A stretch of DNA of 62,969 bases, filler included, from Mitosporidium daphniae (taxonomy: Eukaryota), in assembly GCF_000760515.2 (NCBI RefSeq). It is 34 parts of 34 records of this genome, joined end to end, with 100 filler letters (N's around TTAATTAATTAA, not from the genome) between each part and the next. Parts side by side here need not be neighbours in the genome. Positions count along the whole stretch, not along the records: positions 35,149 to 36,851 come from NW_013546515.1; positions 36,952 to 38,626 come from NW_013546514.1; positions 38,727 to 40,397 come from NW_013546513.1; positions 40,498 to 42,167 come from NW_013546510.1; positions 42,268 to 43,936 come from NW_013546509.1; positions 44,037 to 45,704 come from NW_013546508.1; positions 45,805 to 47,468 come from NW_013546507.1; 27 more parts are not named here. One strand, 5' to 3'. How positions within the stretch are numbered: position 1 is the first letter of the stretch; every line of letters starts with the position of its first letter. Positions 35,614 to 47,568 of the stretch are shown piece after piece. The notes under the pieces were generated by a model, which saw only the letters and a list, made by a program, of their open reading frames with translations, made no database searches and had not been told where the DNA came from. The position numbers and the translations under genes are program-made.

Positions 35614-36606
35614 TTAATTATTAATTTTTATAAAAGCGTGGTTGGGCTGGGGCGGCGATATCGGTGGAGATATCAATCTATTTTCCTGCGGCTGATAAGC
35701 ATAATGCTGTGAATGGGGATTATAATTTTCCTGGCATTGGCAATTTTGGTGGTAATTATCGCAATAATGGCAATCGTCAAGCTGTTGGTCGCTCTGGGGA
35801 TATTGGCGCAAATATGCGGCTTTACTGTTCGCATGGTTCGGATATCCAACCTCCGATGCTGTGCGATATGCTTTTTCAAAATAAATGGAAGGATCACACC
35901 ACTTGTTGGCATCAAAATCTAATGCCTTGCCCTCCGTATAACGCAACTCTCTTTCCATATCAAATGGGGCGGGGTATGGTAGATTTTTGGAGTTGTTCAT
36001 TGGGAGCGAGAAATCCATTGCATCGTATTTTTTCGGTCTTTTTCTGTCAACTGGGTTTATATTCCGGGCATCTATATCTCCCGTTTCATGGTGATATCTG
36101 AATTCTTGAACAAAAAATTCCGAATTTTTCAATAAATAGCTTTTGTACTCTTCAGGTGTGGTGTTGAGGTCATAGCAAGGTGAGTGGCTCTGGTAAAACT
36201 GCAATGTTGACAATGAAGACGGAGCTGATTCTTGAGAATTACTTTGCACTTGGTCTGCAAAGAAACTCAAGTAATTTGCCGAATCAGAATGACGTTTATG
36301 CCGATCGTGTTTGCCTTTTGCTCTTCTATTTTGAAACCAGACTTGGACAGATCTAGATGTCATTCCCAAATGAAGAGCCAATGCCGCGCGAATGCCTGTG
36401 GAGGGCATGGGGTCCGTTTCAAAGGTACTTTGAAGCACTTCTAGTTGATATGGCGACGTTTTTGTACGCTTCTTTTTTGCATCCGTATAACCCCGACTTC
36501 TACTTTTCTTTGGGGCAGTTTGATTTCCGATGTTTTCTAAATTGATTTCATTGGCTAGCGCGATTAGTTGATCGTTTTCCTTTTCCGCATGATTCGGTAA
36601 GTCCAT
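35614..36606 (-). CDS. Homeodomain transcription factor
   Basis: KKKRTKTSPYQLEVLQSTF...P....R..LA..LGMTSRSVQVWFQNRRAK. Confidence 0.93.
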   Translation of the reverse strand: MDLPNHAEKENDQLIALANEINLENIGNQTAPKKSRSRGYTDAKKKRTKTSPYQLEVLQSTFETDPMPSTGIRAALALHLGMTSRSVQVWFQNRRAKGKHDRHKRHSDSANYLSFFADQVQSNSQESAPSSLSTLQFYQSHSPCYDLNTTPEEYKSYLLKNSEFFVQEFRYHHETGDIDARNINPVDRKRPKKYDAMDFSLPMNNSKNLPYPAPFDMERELRYTEGKALDFDANKWCDPSIYFEKAYRTASEVGYPNHANSKAAYLRQYPQSDQQLDDCHYCDNYHQNCQCQENYNPHSQHYAYQPQENRLISPPISPPQPNHAFIKINN

Positions 36607-36771
36607 GACAACTTTGATACCGGATTCTACCACAATTCAGGAGCAAAAAGTTAAGTTTAAATTTAAAGCTTAAATTTAAGGTGGTAAATAAATGAACACC
36701 AAACGGCGTTGATCATCCAAACGATTGCCAATCCAAATCGCTTTGCTAGCCCAACTAAATAGAAGTCTCAA

Positions 36772-36788
36772 CACGCACACGCACACGC

Positions 36789-36851
<63 letters not shown>
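36772..36851. repeat. (CACGCA)n/(CA)n microsatellite at contig end
   Basis: Direct observation. Confidence 0.97.
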
Positions 36852-36951
36852 NNNNNNNNNNNNNNNNNNNNNNNNNNNNNNNNNNNNNNNNNNNNTTAAT
36901 TAATTAANNNNNNNNNNNNNNNNNNNNNNNNNNNNNNNNNNNNNNNNNNNN

Positions 36952-37146
36952 TCTGTGAAGAAAAGTCCATGTGGCTGTACCCAATATTTCTTTGCCAGAT
37001 CTTTTTGAAGAAGAGTGTACCTCTGTGTGATGCTCTTCACTATCTTCAAATTCAATCGGCTTCAGCTTGTCAAGTTCTCCGCTAAACCGGCATAAAGCCA
37101 TTGAAATGCAGAAGATAAGGGGGAGGACCACTAACATGTAATTCAT
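36952..37146 (-). CDS. Erv1/Alr-family sulfhydryl oxidase (Erv2-like), N-terminal part
   Basis: Hydrophobic N-terminus followed by KEILGTATWTFLH. Confidence 0.75.
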
Positions 37147-37889
37147 TATATCGAAAAATTAAATAAAAGATCGGCAAAAGGGATTGCTTTAAAAGCTATT
37201 TATCAATAGTAGTAATCACTGTCGAATAATCATGGAAACGATGGATATTCTTATTGGCGATAAATTGGTGAAATTGCAACCAATCCGGTTCCCAAAAAGG
37301 TGTCAATTTACAAATGAACTTAAATTTTATTAAGCCGTGCCAAGTCAGCCTTCTTCCCTGATATCGGTCAACAGTGTTTCCAGCTCTTCCAGCTCACTGT
37401 CAATATGAGAATGGCGTGCAGAATTTTGGCAACTTTCCATGAGGAAGTTTGAGTCGATGGCAGACGATGGCATTATTGATATTGAATTTAGGTCTGGATT
37501 TGACATCGGTTGGAATGAAAGTCCAATTCCATGGTTTAGCCCTTTCATTTCACACGGGATGCCTTTGGTAGAAAATGCTCTTGACCATCTACTGGCATGT
37601 TTAATTTGAGCGTACCTGGTATTTGGAAGAAATTCAAACTCAAATGACGAGTCAAGCATACCAATAAAAAAGCGAAAATCAATTGGTGTTTGTTTATTGC
37701 TATGTTTTTCCCAATTTAGATATGAGCCTACTCTAGGCACAGGTTTTAATTTGTAAATGCGGTTAGACGAATATTTTTAATGCAAGAAGCATGGCCACAT
37801 CAATGGCCATTGATCTCACAAGAATTAGGCCGCAGGGTTAGGGTTTGATGGTGGGCTGAGTTGAGGCAATTTTTTGTTTTAAATTTTCA

Positions 37890-38626
37890 ATGTTCAAGTT
37901 AAATTTGTCGTTTCCGTTTCGCTCATTTTCATCAAGCAGTAGGTTAGTCGACGTTGTTGTAATTGGTGGGGGCCATGCTGGAGTCGAGGCTGCAACCGCT
38001 TCTGCACGGACCGGTGCATCTACCGTGCTTCTCACGCAGCGAATCGATGCAGTTGGAGAACTAAGCTGTAACCCTTCATTTGGCGGCATTGGGAAAGGCA
38101 TCCTGATGAGGGAAATCGACGCTTTAGACGGAGTATCGCCAAAAATTTGCGGTATTTCGTACCTTTTTATTTTAGACCGTTCTGGTATCCATTTTCGTGT
38201 ATTGAATGCATCCAGAGGGCCTGCAGTCCAAGGACCTAGGGCCCAAATCGATAGGCTTTTATACAAAAAGTACATGATGGATCACCTATGTGGCTATCCA
38301 AACTTGAACATTATTGAGGGTGCAGCAAAGAATCTTTTTTTTAATGGAAATGCGATCGCTGGAGTATCCTACACTCATGCCAGCAATGAGACTCTAATCT
38401 CAGCCAAAAGCATCGTTATAGCAACCGGCACCTTTCTTTTCGGGGAAATTCACATTGGCGATAGGTCATACCCGGCCGGAAGAATGGGCGAATCTCCTTC
38501 CCATGGTCTTTCTGGTTCTCTTTTTTCTGCTGGGTTTAAGCTTGGAAGGATGAGGACAGGAACCCCGCCACGTCTTTTAAAATCATCAATTAATTTTTCT
38601 TCTCTTTTCCAGCAGGAAGGTGACAA
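37890..38626 (+). CDS. MTO1: Mitochondrial tRNA modification enzyme MTO1/GidA, N-terminal part
   Basis: DVVVIGGGHAGVEAA, LSCNPSFGGIGKG, RAQIDR and RTGTPPRL. In-frame 24-nt intron at 38152-38175. Confidence 0.96.
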
Positions 38627-38726
38627 NNNNNNNNNNNNNNNNNNNNNNNNNNNNNNNNNNNNNNNNNNNNTTAATTAATTAANNNNNNNNNNNNNNNNNN
38701 NNNNNNNNNNNNNNNNNNNNNNNNNN

Positions 38727-39857
38727 TGCAACCACAACCAGATGATCATCATGCAGCTTTTGCATGCGTATGGCAATGAAGAAGTCCCCTCCGCTACGGT
38801 TGCGCAAGAAGCCGAAGATGGAGAGGCATTTGAAGAGTACAAAAACCTCCTTGAAATCAAATACCCACTGTGCAAGTTGTGTAGAGGTGTTGTGCGGCGA
38901 AAGCTAGATGCCCAGGCGGCCCTTGCACGGGCAAACTATCTTGCTGCGCAGGCTGTTCGTGGCAAAGTCTCCGTTTTGGCCTTTAATCGCCGGATCAGTG
39001 CAAGAAGGCGGCTGCTATTTTACTCGCTGCTTCTTGTTGTTTCTCTAGCGACGAAGGTTTATAATTATAACATCGTGTCCGCATTTGCCTGCTTTGTGTT
39101 TTTGTGCATTTATCCAGCGTCCTCGATTGCATACAAAACGATCTCGTTTTTGATTTTTGCTCTGCGCACTGTTCTGCTTTTCTTGATTGAGGATGTTGGG
39201 CATTCTTTTCACCAGGTCAAGTACTTTTCTTTGCCCTTCAACCCGATCATCGTTGATTGCGTGGTCCACATTTGCTTTATTAATCCAGACATGCTGGAAA
39301 AGCTTTTTACGGCGCTCAAGCCAATTTCGTGTCCCCGGCGCATCGATCGAAAGGAGAAAAAGCAGCTTCAATTGTATCATGACATCATCACCAAGGAAAG
39401 CACCGGCCACAATAAGGAAAACTTGGCGCAGAGATTTTCGCCAAGGCCTTCAATATTATCTATCCCCGGCACAGGGATCGAAGAATCGCTTGCACTTTGC
39501 TCTTTACAGGAAAATTCGGCCTCTTTAACAGCAAAAACAGGGATGCCCACACTTAACACGCTGTTTCCATTTTTGACGTTTGCGGTTTCTTTCTTATGTT
39601 ACCTGTTGATATGCTGGAAACTTTTGCACGGAAATATTGAATTCCTGTGCTACCACGCTATTGGGCTCCTTATTTATGCGGAAACAGTGCAAGCCCTTTT
39701 TAGGCGCAATCTCTTTTTTTCCCTTAGACTTTTTGTCCTTGCATGCTTTTCCTTGATGATGTATCATATGCTTCTTGTTAATTGGCATTCAACAGAGAGA
39801 GTAGGTTCTGTCTTTTGCTCGTTCTACTCGATCACGTCGGTGTTTCTAATGATGTAG
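38727..39857 (+). CDS. IMA1: Ima1/TMEM201-like inner nuclear membrane protein, 5' truncated
   Basis: CNHNQ.I..QLL.AY...EEYK..LE.KYPLCKLC...V...L followed by several TMs. Confidence 0.75.
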   Translation, partial: CNHNQMIIMQLLHAYGNEEVPSATVAQEAEDGEAFEEYKNLLEIKYPLCKLCRGVVRRKLDAQAALARANYLAAQAVRGKVSVLAFNRRISARRRLLFYSLLLVVSLATKVYNYNIVSAFACFVFLCIYPASSIAYKTISFLIFALRTVLLFLIEDVGHSFHQVKYFSLPFNPIIVDCVVHICFINPDMLEKLFTALKPISCPRRIDRKEKKQLQLYHDIITKESTGHNKENLAQRFSPRPSILSIPGTGIEESLALCSLQENSASLTAKTGMPTLNTLFPFLTFAVSFLCYLLICWKLLHGNIEFLCYHAIGLLIYAETVQALFRRNLFFSLRLFVLACFSLMMYHMLLVNWHSTERVGSVFCSFYSITSVFLMM

Positions 39858-40029
39858 TGGTGGTGAAGCCCTGCTCCCCTCCCCCTGTAAACCAATAAAG
39901 AATACCTCCCCCCTTGTCCTGCATTAAATTTGTAAACACTAGTGTCGACACGTGTCCAACCGAGCTTAATTTGTACGTGAAAGATTTAAACTGGGCGGAA
40001 GGCCTTTATTTACAATCTTTCTGATCAAA

Positions 40030-40397
40030 ATGCGTCATAAATTGGTCTTGAAAAATTATTTTCACAACTTGGCTGTTCGCAACATGGCTACATGTGGTGG
40101 TGGTTCCGGTCATTCTGGTACCCCGCCTTTGCTTATAAAAGTAGAAAAAAAAATCCACGTGCCCAATCCCGTGGTTGAGATGGACGGGGATGAGATGACG
40201 CGTATCATTTGGAAGGAAATCAAGGAAAAGGTACCGCTTTGGCGCTTAATGTACAGCTAATTTTCCCGTTTGTCGAGCTCAACATAAAATACTTTGACTT
40301 GGGGCTGCCAAATAGAGATGCCACTGACGATCGGGTGACCATTGATGCCGCAAAAGCCATTTTGGAATGCGGAGTCGGCATCAAGTGCGCAACGATC
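40030..40397 (+). CDS. IDP1: NADP-dependent isocitrate dehydrogenase, N-terminal part
   Basis: [32 protein letters not shown] and GVGIKCATI. Introns at 40231-40256 and probably 40118-40144. Confidence 0.93.
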
Positions 40398-40497
40398 NNN
40401 NNNNNNNNNNNNNNNNNNNNNNNNNNNNNNNNNNNNNNNNNTTAATTAATTAANNNNNNNNNNNNNNNNNNNNNNNNNNNNNNNNNNNNNNNNNNNN

Positions 40498-41894
40498 ACT
40501 GGTCGTTCATTTTTTCAACAGTCAACTTCTGCTTTATCAATGAAAACCTCAACACCAAATGGATGGCAGTTTTGGTGGAAGAAAAATTCTTCCAGCTCAG
40601 CCACATCTTTAATATCGCAGTCCACTGGCATGAAAAATGAATCTAAATCTTCGATTTTTACCGGAACTTTGAATATCGAAAAAATGAACGACCAGTCAAA
40701 AACTTTATTATCTCGCGATACCCCAAAGTCATCTCCTTCTGCATCGGAGAGGTCAATCGAATCAAAAACTAGCGCCAAAGAAAAATTCTTCTACTACAAA
40801 AGTCTTAGGCTAAGCAGTGAACAGCTTCGACTATTAAATCTAAAGCGCGGGTCAAATACGGTCACATTTTCAACCTCCAGAGGTGCTACTTGCTCTTCAA
40901 GAATTTTTTATTGGTCTTCAGACTGCAAGATTGTGATCTCAGACGTTGATGGAACCATTACAAAGAGTGATGTTCTGGGACATTTATACACAATGGTTGG
41001 TAAGGATTGGACTCACTCTGGAGTGGCTCGTCTTTATTCTTCAATCAAATCAAATGGCTATGAAATTTTATATCTGACGTCGAGAGCAATTGGGCAGGTT
41101 CGATTTGGAATTTCTTTGATTTTATTTTATAGGCCGATTACACCCGAATTTATTTGAAAAATATTGAGCAGGAATCGTTTAGTCTCCCCGATGGCCCGGT
41201 AATCATGTCTCCTGACAGGCTATTAGCGGCCTTTCATAGAGAGGTTATTCTCAAGCGTCCAGATGAATTTAAGGTAGCCTGTCTAAAGGACATTAGAAGA
41301 CTGTTTGAAAATTCTGGAAATTCTCTTCCCTTTTATGCTGGCTTTGGCAATAGGCCCACAGACGCCATATCTTATCTTTCTGTTGGAATTCCCTCGAGCA
41401 GGATTTTCATCATCAACAGCAGTGGGGAGGTCCGCCTTCAGAATTTGGGCGCTGTATATCAAAGCTCCTATTCAGAAATGGATAAGTTAGTAGGTCATTT
41501 TTTCCCCCCAATCTCAAACATTGTCAATCAAGTTCCTTCTCGAAACTCATATGCTGCCTTACTTTACGACCAATGGTCTGATTATCACTACTGGGGAAAT
41601 TCTCCGATTCTTTTGGATGACAATCCTACACTTACGACAAAAACACCACCTTCCCCCATTGGATCGATAAATGAAAAACGTGTGGAAACATCCACCAGAT
41701 CTCCAAAAAAAAATGAAAGGCATTTTCTATCCATCGATACCTCATCAACATCATTAGAATCTCCTTTTATCGACAAATCAATAGTCAGCTCTTCCCTCTC
41801 CCAATCTTCCCTTTTAGAATGGAACCAAAATACACAAGTAGCTGCTGGGCAAGAATCGGAAGGAGAGGAGGCTGAGGAGCATCCATATTTTTAA
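40498..41894 (+). CDS. PAH1: Lipin / phosphatidate phosphatase, C-terminal part
   Basis: ISDVDGTITKSDVLGH, GKDWTHSGVA and FYAGFGNR. 35-nt intron at 41098-41132. Confidence 0.95.
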
Positions 41895-42465
41895 CTTGTA
41901 AATTTCCTCCCCTCAATAAAGATACATTAAAAGTTTTGCCATCAAGAGACCACCAATGCCAAAAGGGGGCAGTATTTACATAAATTTCTATTGACGTGGG
42001 AATGTTTTAACGGCCTTTAAATTTTTGCCAAAAGCTCTTGAATAGCTAAATGTAGGGTCCCTTTTATTTTCGCAACCCAAGAAAAACGGGGAGGGTTTAA
42101 GGTGTGCAGTACAGGTTTTCTTTACCCCAAATAATATACAAAAAACCGAGATTTTCAAAAAAAAATTNNNNNNNNNNNNNNNNNNNNNNNNNNNNNNNNN
42201 NNNNNNNNNNNTTAATTAATTAANNNNNNNNNNNNNNNNNNNNNNNNNNNNNNNNNNNNNNNNNNNNATAGTCCCATGGTAAAGCTCAAATCACAAGCTA
42301 GCTTATCCACGAATACTTTTTCAGTGGTAAATGGCATTCTTAGGTTTCAGATGTGTGATTAATGGATGGGTTGTAATTTAAACACCCGTATACAATTTAT
42401 TACAATTTAATTAAAAGGTCACGCGAAATATATCACTAAAAGGTGAGGTTTTATTTAAACTCTGG

Positions 42466-43695
42466 ATGATCTTCTCCGTTCATATTTTGGCTCTGCTATT
42501 TCTAACCCTATATAATATTTCTGCAGCTACAATTGAACACGATTTTTCTCCTAAAGTTCCTGCGAAAACAACAGATCAAACTGAGGAAGTGACTCTAGAG
42601 TATTTCATAAAAGGAACTTTTACTGAAGTAAGCTTCGCCGGACGGAGTACGATGCATTTGGCATCCCTTGTTAGAGATAAAAAATCTCTTGATCAAAATC
42701 AAATATACGCACTAAAATCTATCAAAATGACGAAATCTGAGAAAGAAAAGCTAATGAGTGTAATAACGGGAGATTTTCTGATTAAAGAGATTCCGGAAAA
42801 TTACAAATCAGCTTTTATTGAAAGGGAATTTTCGATTCAAAAGAACCTTATATATCAAAGTATTGTTCGTGCTTATTATAAAACTGACAATATGATATTT
42901 ATGGAATATGTAGAAGGTTACGATTTATTGAGTAAGCCTCAATCTTGGAGAGAAAAGTCAAAGATCTTTGCGTATATTTTCAAAAAAATTGCTGAGGGTG
43001 TTAAATTTATGCATGACAAAGGCGTTGTGCATGGGGATTTGAAGCCTGATAATATTTTGGTATCAAAAGAAGGGGATGTTAAAATCGCAGATTTTGGTGG
43101 CGCTGTGGAGATCAAAAGAGCTAATGAAAAAGGAGCTGGAGAAACAGAAGGAACTGATTTGGGCGAAAAGCCATATTCAAAGGAAGAGTATCTTTTTGTG
43201 TTTACCAAACAATATGTTGCGCCAGAGCTTATCAACTCAGAATCTGTGGAGCCAAAGGTAATGAAAAAAATACTTATCCAGAAAAAAAAGGTTACACAAG
43301 CATGGATTGGGCTAACCCCACACCAGTTGAAGTTTAATTTTAACCCTATTTTTCCCACCAAAAAATCTGATGTCTTTTCTTTTGCAGCTACTGTTGTTAG
43401 TTTCTTTGTAACTAAAGATGGAGCCAGATACGACCGTAATTATTTTGCTTTTAAAAGTAATGTACAAAGGCTTAAAAACTATAAGGATATCTTGAGGTCT
43501 ATAAAAAAAATTGATCCCAAGTTGGCCAACATCATTGATCAGGCTCTTGATCCACTTCCTAAGAACAGACCTACTATTGAAGGAGTGCTCGAATGTCTCG
43601 AAAAGGTACCTTGTTGCACCAAAGATGAATTCAAAGGCTTTGCTAAAAAAAATGTTAAAGAGCTTGAATTGAGTCCCTACGTAGAAAAAGAGTAA
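42466..43695 (+). CDS. Ser/Thr protein kinase with N-terminal signal peptide
   Basis: MIFSVHILALLFLTLYNISA leader; YALK, ERE, HGDLKPDN, DFG, YVAPE and DVFS; intronless. Confidence 0.9.
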   Translation: MIFSVHILALLFLTLYNISAATIEHDFSPKVPAKTTDQTEEVTLEYFIKGTFTEVSFAGRSTMHLASLVRDKKSLDQNQIYALKSIKMTKSEKEKLMSVITGDFLIKEIPENYKSAFIEREFSIQKNLIYQSIVRAYYKTDNMIFMEYVEGYDLLSKPQSWREKSKIFAYIFKKIAEGVKFMHDKGVVHGDLKPDNILVSKEGDVKIADFGGAVEIKRANEKGAGETEGTDLGEKPYSKEEYLFVFTKQYVAPELINSESVEPKVMKKILIQKKKVTQAWIGLTPHQLKFNFNPIFPTKKSDVFSFAATVVSFFVTKDGARYDRNYFAFKSNVQRLKNYKDILRSIKKIDPKLANIIDQALDPLPKNRPTIEGVLECLEKVPCCTKDEFKGFAKKNVKELELSPYVEKE

Positions 43696-44041
43696 GAAAC
43701 TATTTCTGAATAAATTGTCCCTTCAGGTGTCTGAGATAAAAATTGACTCGAAATGCCAAATTCTCTTTTAGAAAATGCCTAAAATTAAGTGGTTCTTCTG
43801 GAACTGAATTAGCGGTTTCGAGGGATTGTTAGCAGATAAATCTAATTGCCATGGTTGATCAGCCGCTGCATAAATTTAGCACCAAAGCACTCTTTCATAT
43901 TCGACCAAGTAAAATTGTTCGCCATCATACTCGATTNNNNNNNNNNNNNNNNNNNNNNNNNNNNNNNNNNNNNNNNNNNNTTAATTAATTAANNNNNNNN
44001 NNNNNNNNNNNNNNNNNNNNNNNNNNNNNNNNNNNNGCTTT

Positions 44042-44503
44042 AGTTAACGCAAAATTGTTTAAATTCAAACGGAAAATTTGGGGTTTAGCCCTTTAAAATC
44101 TGAATGCAAAGCTCTCGTCACCTGTGGTGCGTAGCTAGAAATATTCTAACCCTAAAAAAATGCGCACCGTTTAATTGTGGCTCAAAATACAATTTGAAAA
44201 ACGTTATTCTAAAGCCAAGATGTCCTGGAGAAAGCTATTTCTCCCCAGTGCGCACATGTAAAAATAATCGTAAAGGGCCTTTTAATTTTGATACAAATGA
44301 GCGTGATTTTTCTTTTCTAGTTGATGGTGCTAAAAATTGAAAAAAAAGAAACGGTAATTCGGATGATCAAAGGCCGGAGAGGATCAGAAAGTCAGACTGG
44401 CCCCTTCTCTTAAAATCAACTACTGCACTTTGATTCTTTGCCATTCTGGTCGCGACATTTCTCCACTATAGTTTCGATGACATCGTATCTATCAAGTGAT
44501 CAT
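44042..44503. repeat. ~460-bp non-coding repeat, copy of 57067-57530 and partly of 6100-6235
   Basis: Long near-identical blocks, e.g. ctaaagccaagatgtcctggagaaagctatttctccccagtg. Confidence 0.92.
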
Positions 44504-45836
44504 TCAGCAGGTTGGATATTAAAAAACAGTTCAATTAAATCAGCAGAACTTGTGCTGCAAGGTGGTACTCCTGACGGGATACAAAGCGTTGACACAAATG
44601 CGACCAAAAATGAATGGTTGCCTAAAATTGATGGGTGATGCTAATTGATTTAATAAAATTTATTTGAAAATCAATCACCAATATAAAGAGCATCGCTCCT
44701 ATTATAAGGACCAGTTCTTTGGAGAACAAAGAATATGGTTTTAAATCAAATATTATACGGGCGAATGTAGATCTTAATCGATTAGAGAGCATCTGAGGCG
44801 TATCTAATGAGAATGTGGCAAGATTGATAGAAAAGCACATGAAAAGCCCCTTGTGTGAAGACCAGTTCCAATACAGCTTGCGGGTCTTCCTGGTGCTTAA
44901 CTTTCAATGATATTTCATATATATGTCGCCAGCATAGTAGTTTTTCGGAAGAAATTTAAACGTCTACGCATTTCAGTAGACAATATAATCGCACTGGGAA
45001 ATCAGATGCGAATCTTTTTATTACAGCATCAAAATTGTCTGTCAAAGAACTTTTTGTAGAAATGCATGACTTTGGCGGTGTTTTGCGTAATACTAGCTAG
45101 CCTATCGATCACTGCAAGCGAATGTCTTTTTTCGGACTTTTCAAGAAATTTCTGCTCGTATTGATAGATAAATACATCATCATTTAGACACTCTGGTCCG
45201 CGTGCTCATTCGAAGGTCTACATAGCTAGATTCCAAGATTTTTGATGCTTTTGAAACTTGATCAGTAAGGCTTACCATCCATGGAAAAATTGAACGTAGC
45301 GCTGGTCGCTGTAAATCCCAGCGTGGGACCATTACTGATATGTAGACCGAAATCCGTATTATGAATTACGTTTATTTATTCGCTAATTGCAATTTGACAA
45401 ACACTAGTTTGAAAATAGAGATTTCAGTTACCATCCTTAAATTGAACTCGCTTTTAATCAACTTCTAATTCTTCCATTGAGTGATGTAGGGGCTTGTGGA
45501 GCTTTAGGATCAAAGGAGCCAAATTATATCGTCATAGCAGCTAGCTTCAAACAATCACCTTGACCTTTCGATTTATTTTCTTTTAATGATCACTCTGTGC
45601 CTTGTGATGTGTGCCTAGATGGCCGCAGTAGTGGTTGTACATGGTTCAAATAAACATGTACCAAAATTTTTGTCAGAATGCTCGGAAACGCCTGGAGGCT
45701 TGCGNNNNNNNNNNNNNNNNNNNNNNNNNNNNNNNNNNNNNNNNNNNNTTAATTAATTAANNNNNNNNNNNNNNNNNNNNNNNNNNNNNNNNNNNNNNNN
45801 NNNNAAGGATTATTGAAAAAATAGAAGGTAGCCCAT

Positions 45837-45868
45837 CAAGCACAAGCACAAGCACAAGCACAAGCACA
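45837..45868. repeat. (CAAGCA)5 hexanucleotide repeat
   Basis: Direct observation. Confidence 0.9.
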
Positions 45869-47568
45869 GTTGATTTCAGATACGACCAGCTAGGACAGAA
45901 CTTATGGGTGCATCGATAATTCCCTTATCTTACCAGAAAGCAAATAACTGGATTATCGGTGTTCCTTCCAAAAAGGGTTGAGCATATTTTTACTAATTCT
46001 TCTACAATCTCTTATAAAACGGGTATCATTTTGTTCAGAGCTAATTTCTGCCGTTATTCAGAAAAGAGATACTCGCCTCCAATAATGGTCTTAGCAGAAC
46101 ATCATGCAAATTCCAATTTTCATATCCAAGGTTTTGTTTTAATTGAAAAATTTCCTGTCGCTGACAGAAGATACGGAAAACGAAAGTAAACCGCGTAATG
46201 TTTATTATATATTGTGCCATTAGGCCTTTATAGTGACCCAGATGGCGGTAGAGATTTTAAAATGATGCGGCGGTGCTGGAAGCCTTTTTAACGGAAGAAA
46301 ATCGGAATGCAAATATTGGGAAGGAAAAAAATCTTTTCAGGTGTGGCAAGGTGGTGAAGCTTGAATTTCTCCTGTTTGGTTCAAAGGAAATGTCCAAAAC
46401 GATGGCCAATAAATTACGTTGATCTCGAGGAAGGCGAGCAGTATGGGTTCGTCCCAAAAGAACGAGGAACGGAGATCGATGAATTTCTACTAAATTGGAT
46501 AAAAGTTGACGTTTCGTGAATTGCCTGTAAATTTCCTAAATGGCCTATAATGGGGGCGATTCCCTGTAAATCGGATTAGTTGCCTTTAAATTTGAGATCA
46601 TTAAATATCTGATTTCCCATTTTTTCGTTTGTTCAAAATTTGGCTACATTTTTGCAATACATTTTATTTGTGCTGATTCTCTTTAAAGCATCTAATATGC
46701 AACTTAAACTAACAATCCAGACTGGCTATCCAACTATCCAAATGAGCTTTTCATACAATTTACCACACCTTTTCAGCTGTTCCAAATTCACTGATATTGT
46801 TATTTTTCAGCCCTCTGGAGCGCCCTGGATACATTTCTTGCATTTTAAGAATATTTCCAATCGTTTCATGTGACTTCTGTTCGTTTTCGAGACAAAAAAT
46901 TAACTTTCTAGCTAGGGTTAGATGCTCGAATTTTCAATTAATTTCAATGCCATTTCGCGGTCTTTTCTCATAAACATCTCCATGCATGCATTGCATGTGT
47001 CGAACATGAAATTTTCTATTTTCAGCGTCGCGCTAACCCTGCACGGAACCGGCGTCTAGATGCTGAAATTAGCAATGGCGCCTTTGAGAACCACGATATT
47101 CACTTCTATTCCACATATTTTTTCTCTTTTCTCACCTGTTTCTTTTTCGCCCATTTGGTGCAGGCACGGATCTTACGACCAGGCACCTCAATGAAAGCTA
47201 GATGTTAAAGATAAATATCATCAGCTAGTCCACCTAGTTTTGGTTTAGCCTGCATCATCGACCCAAATATGATGCTTGTATATTTGGGTATCTTAATAAG
47301 TGAAAGCCACACGATGGAATGAAAGCCACACGATCGAATGAACCCTGCGTTTATTTCAAATTAGTGTGAGTATTTCTGCTTATCCGTGAGATTACCTTTG
47401 AAATAGGAACAAAAAAGGATGCAAACTTTTTATAAGAAAGTGCCTGAATTTGACTCGATTTTCCTATGNNNNNNNNNNNNNNNNNNNNNNNNNNNNNNNN
47501 NNNNNNNNNNNNTTAATTAATTAANNNNNNNNNNNNNNNNNNNNNNNNNNNNNNNNNNNNNNNNNNNN

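Noticed and set aside
36725..36907. THTHTH ORF
   Set aside because: Translation of a CA microsatellite.
44104..44340. Similar short ORFs at 44104 and 57176 (LKPRCPGESYFSPV)
   Set aside because: They lie inside the non-coding repeat with different starts and stops; the similarity reflects DNA identity only.
45619..45662. A-box/B-box-like motifs and a GTACATG..CATGTAC hairpin suggesting a tRNA or SINE
   Set aside because: No cloverleaf can be built and the B-box is imperfect.
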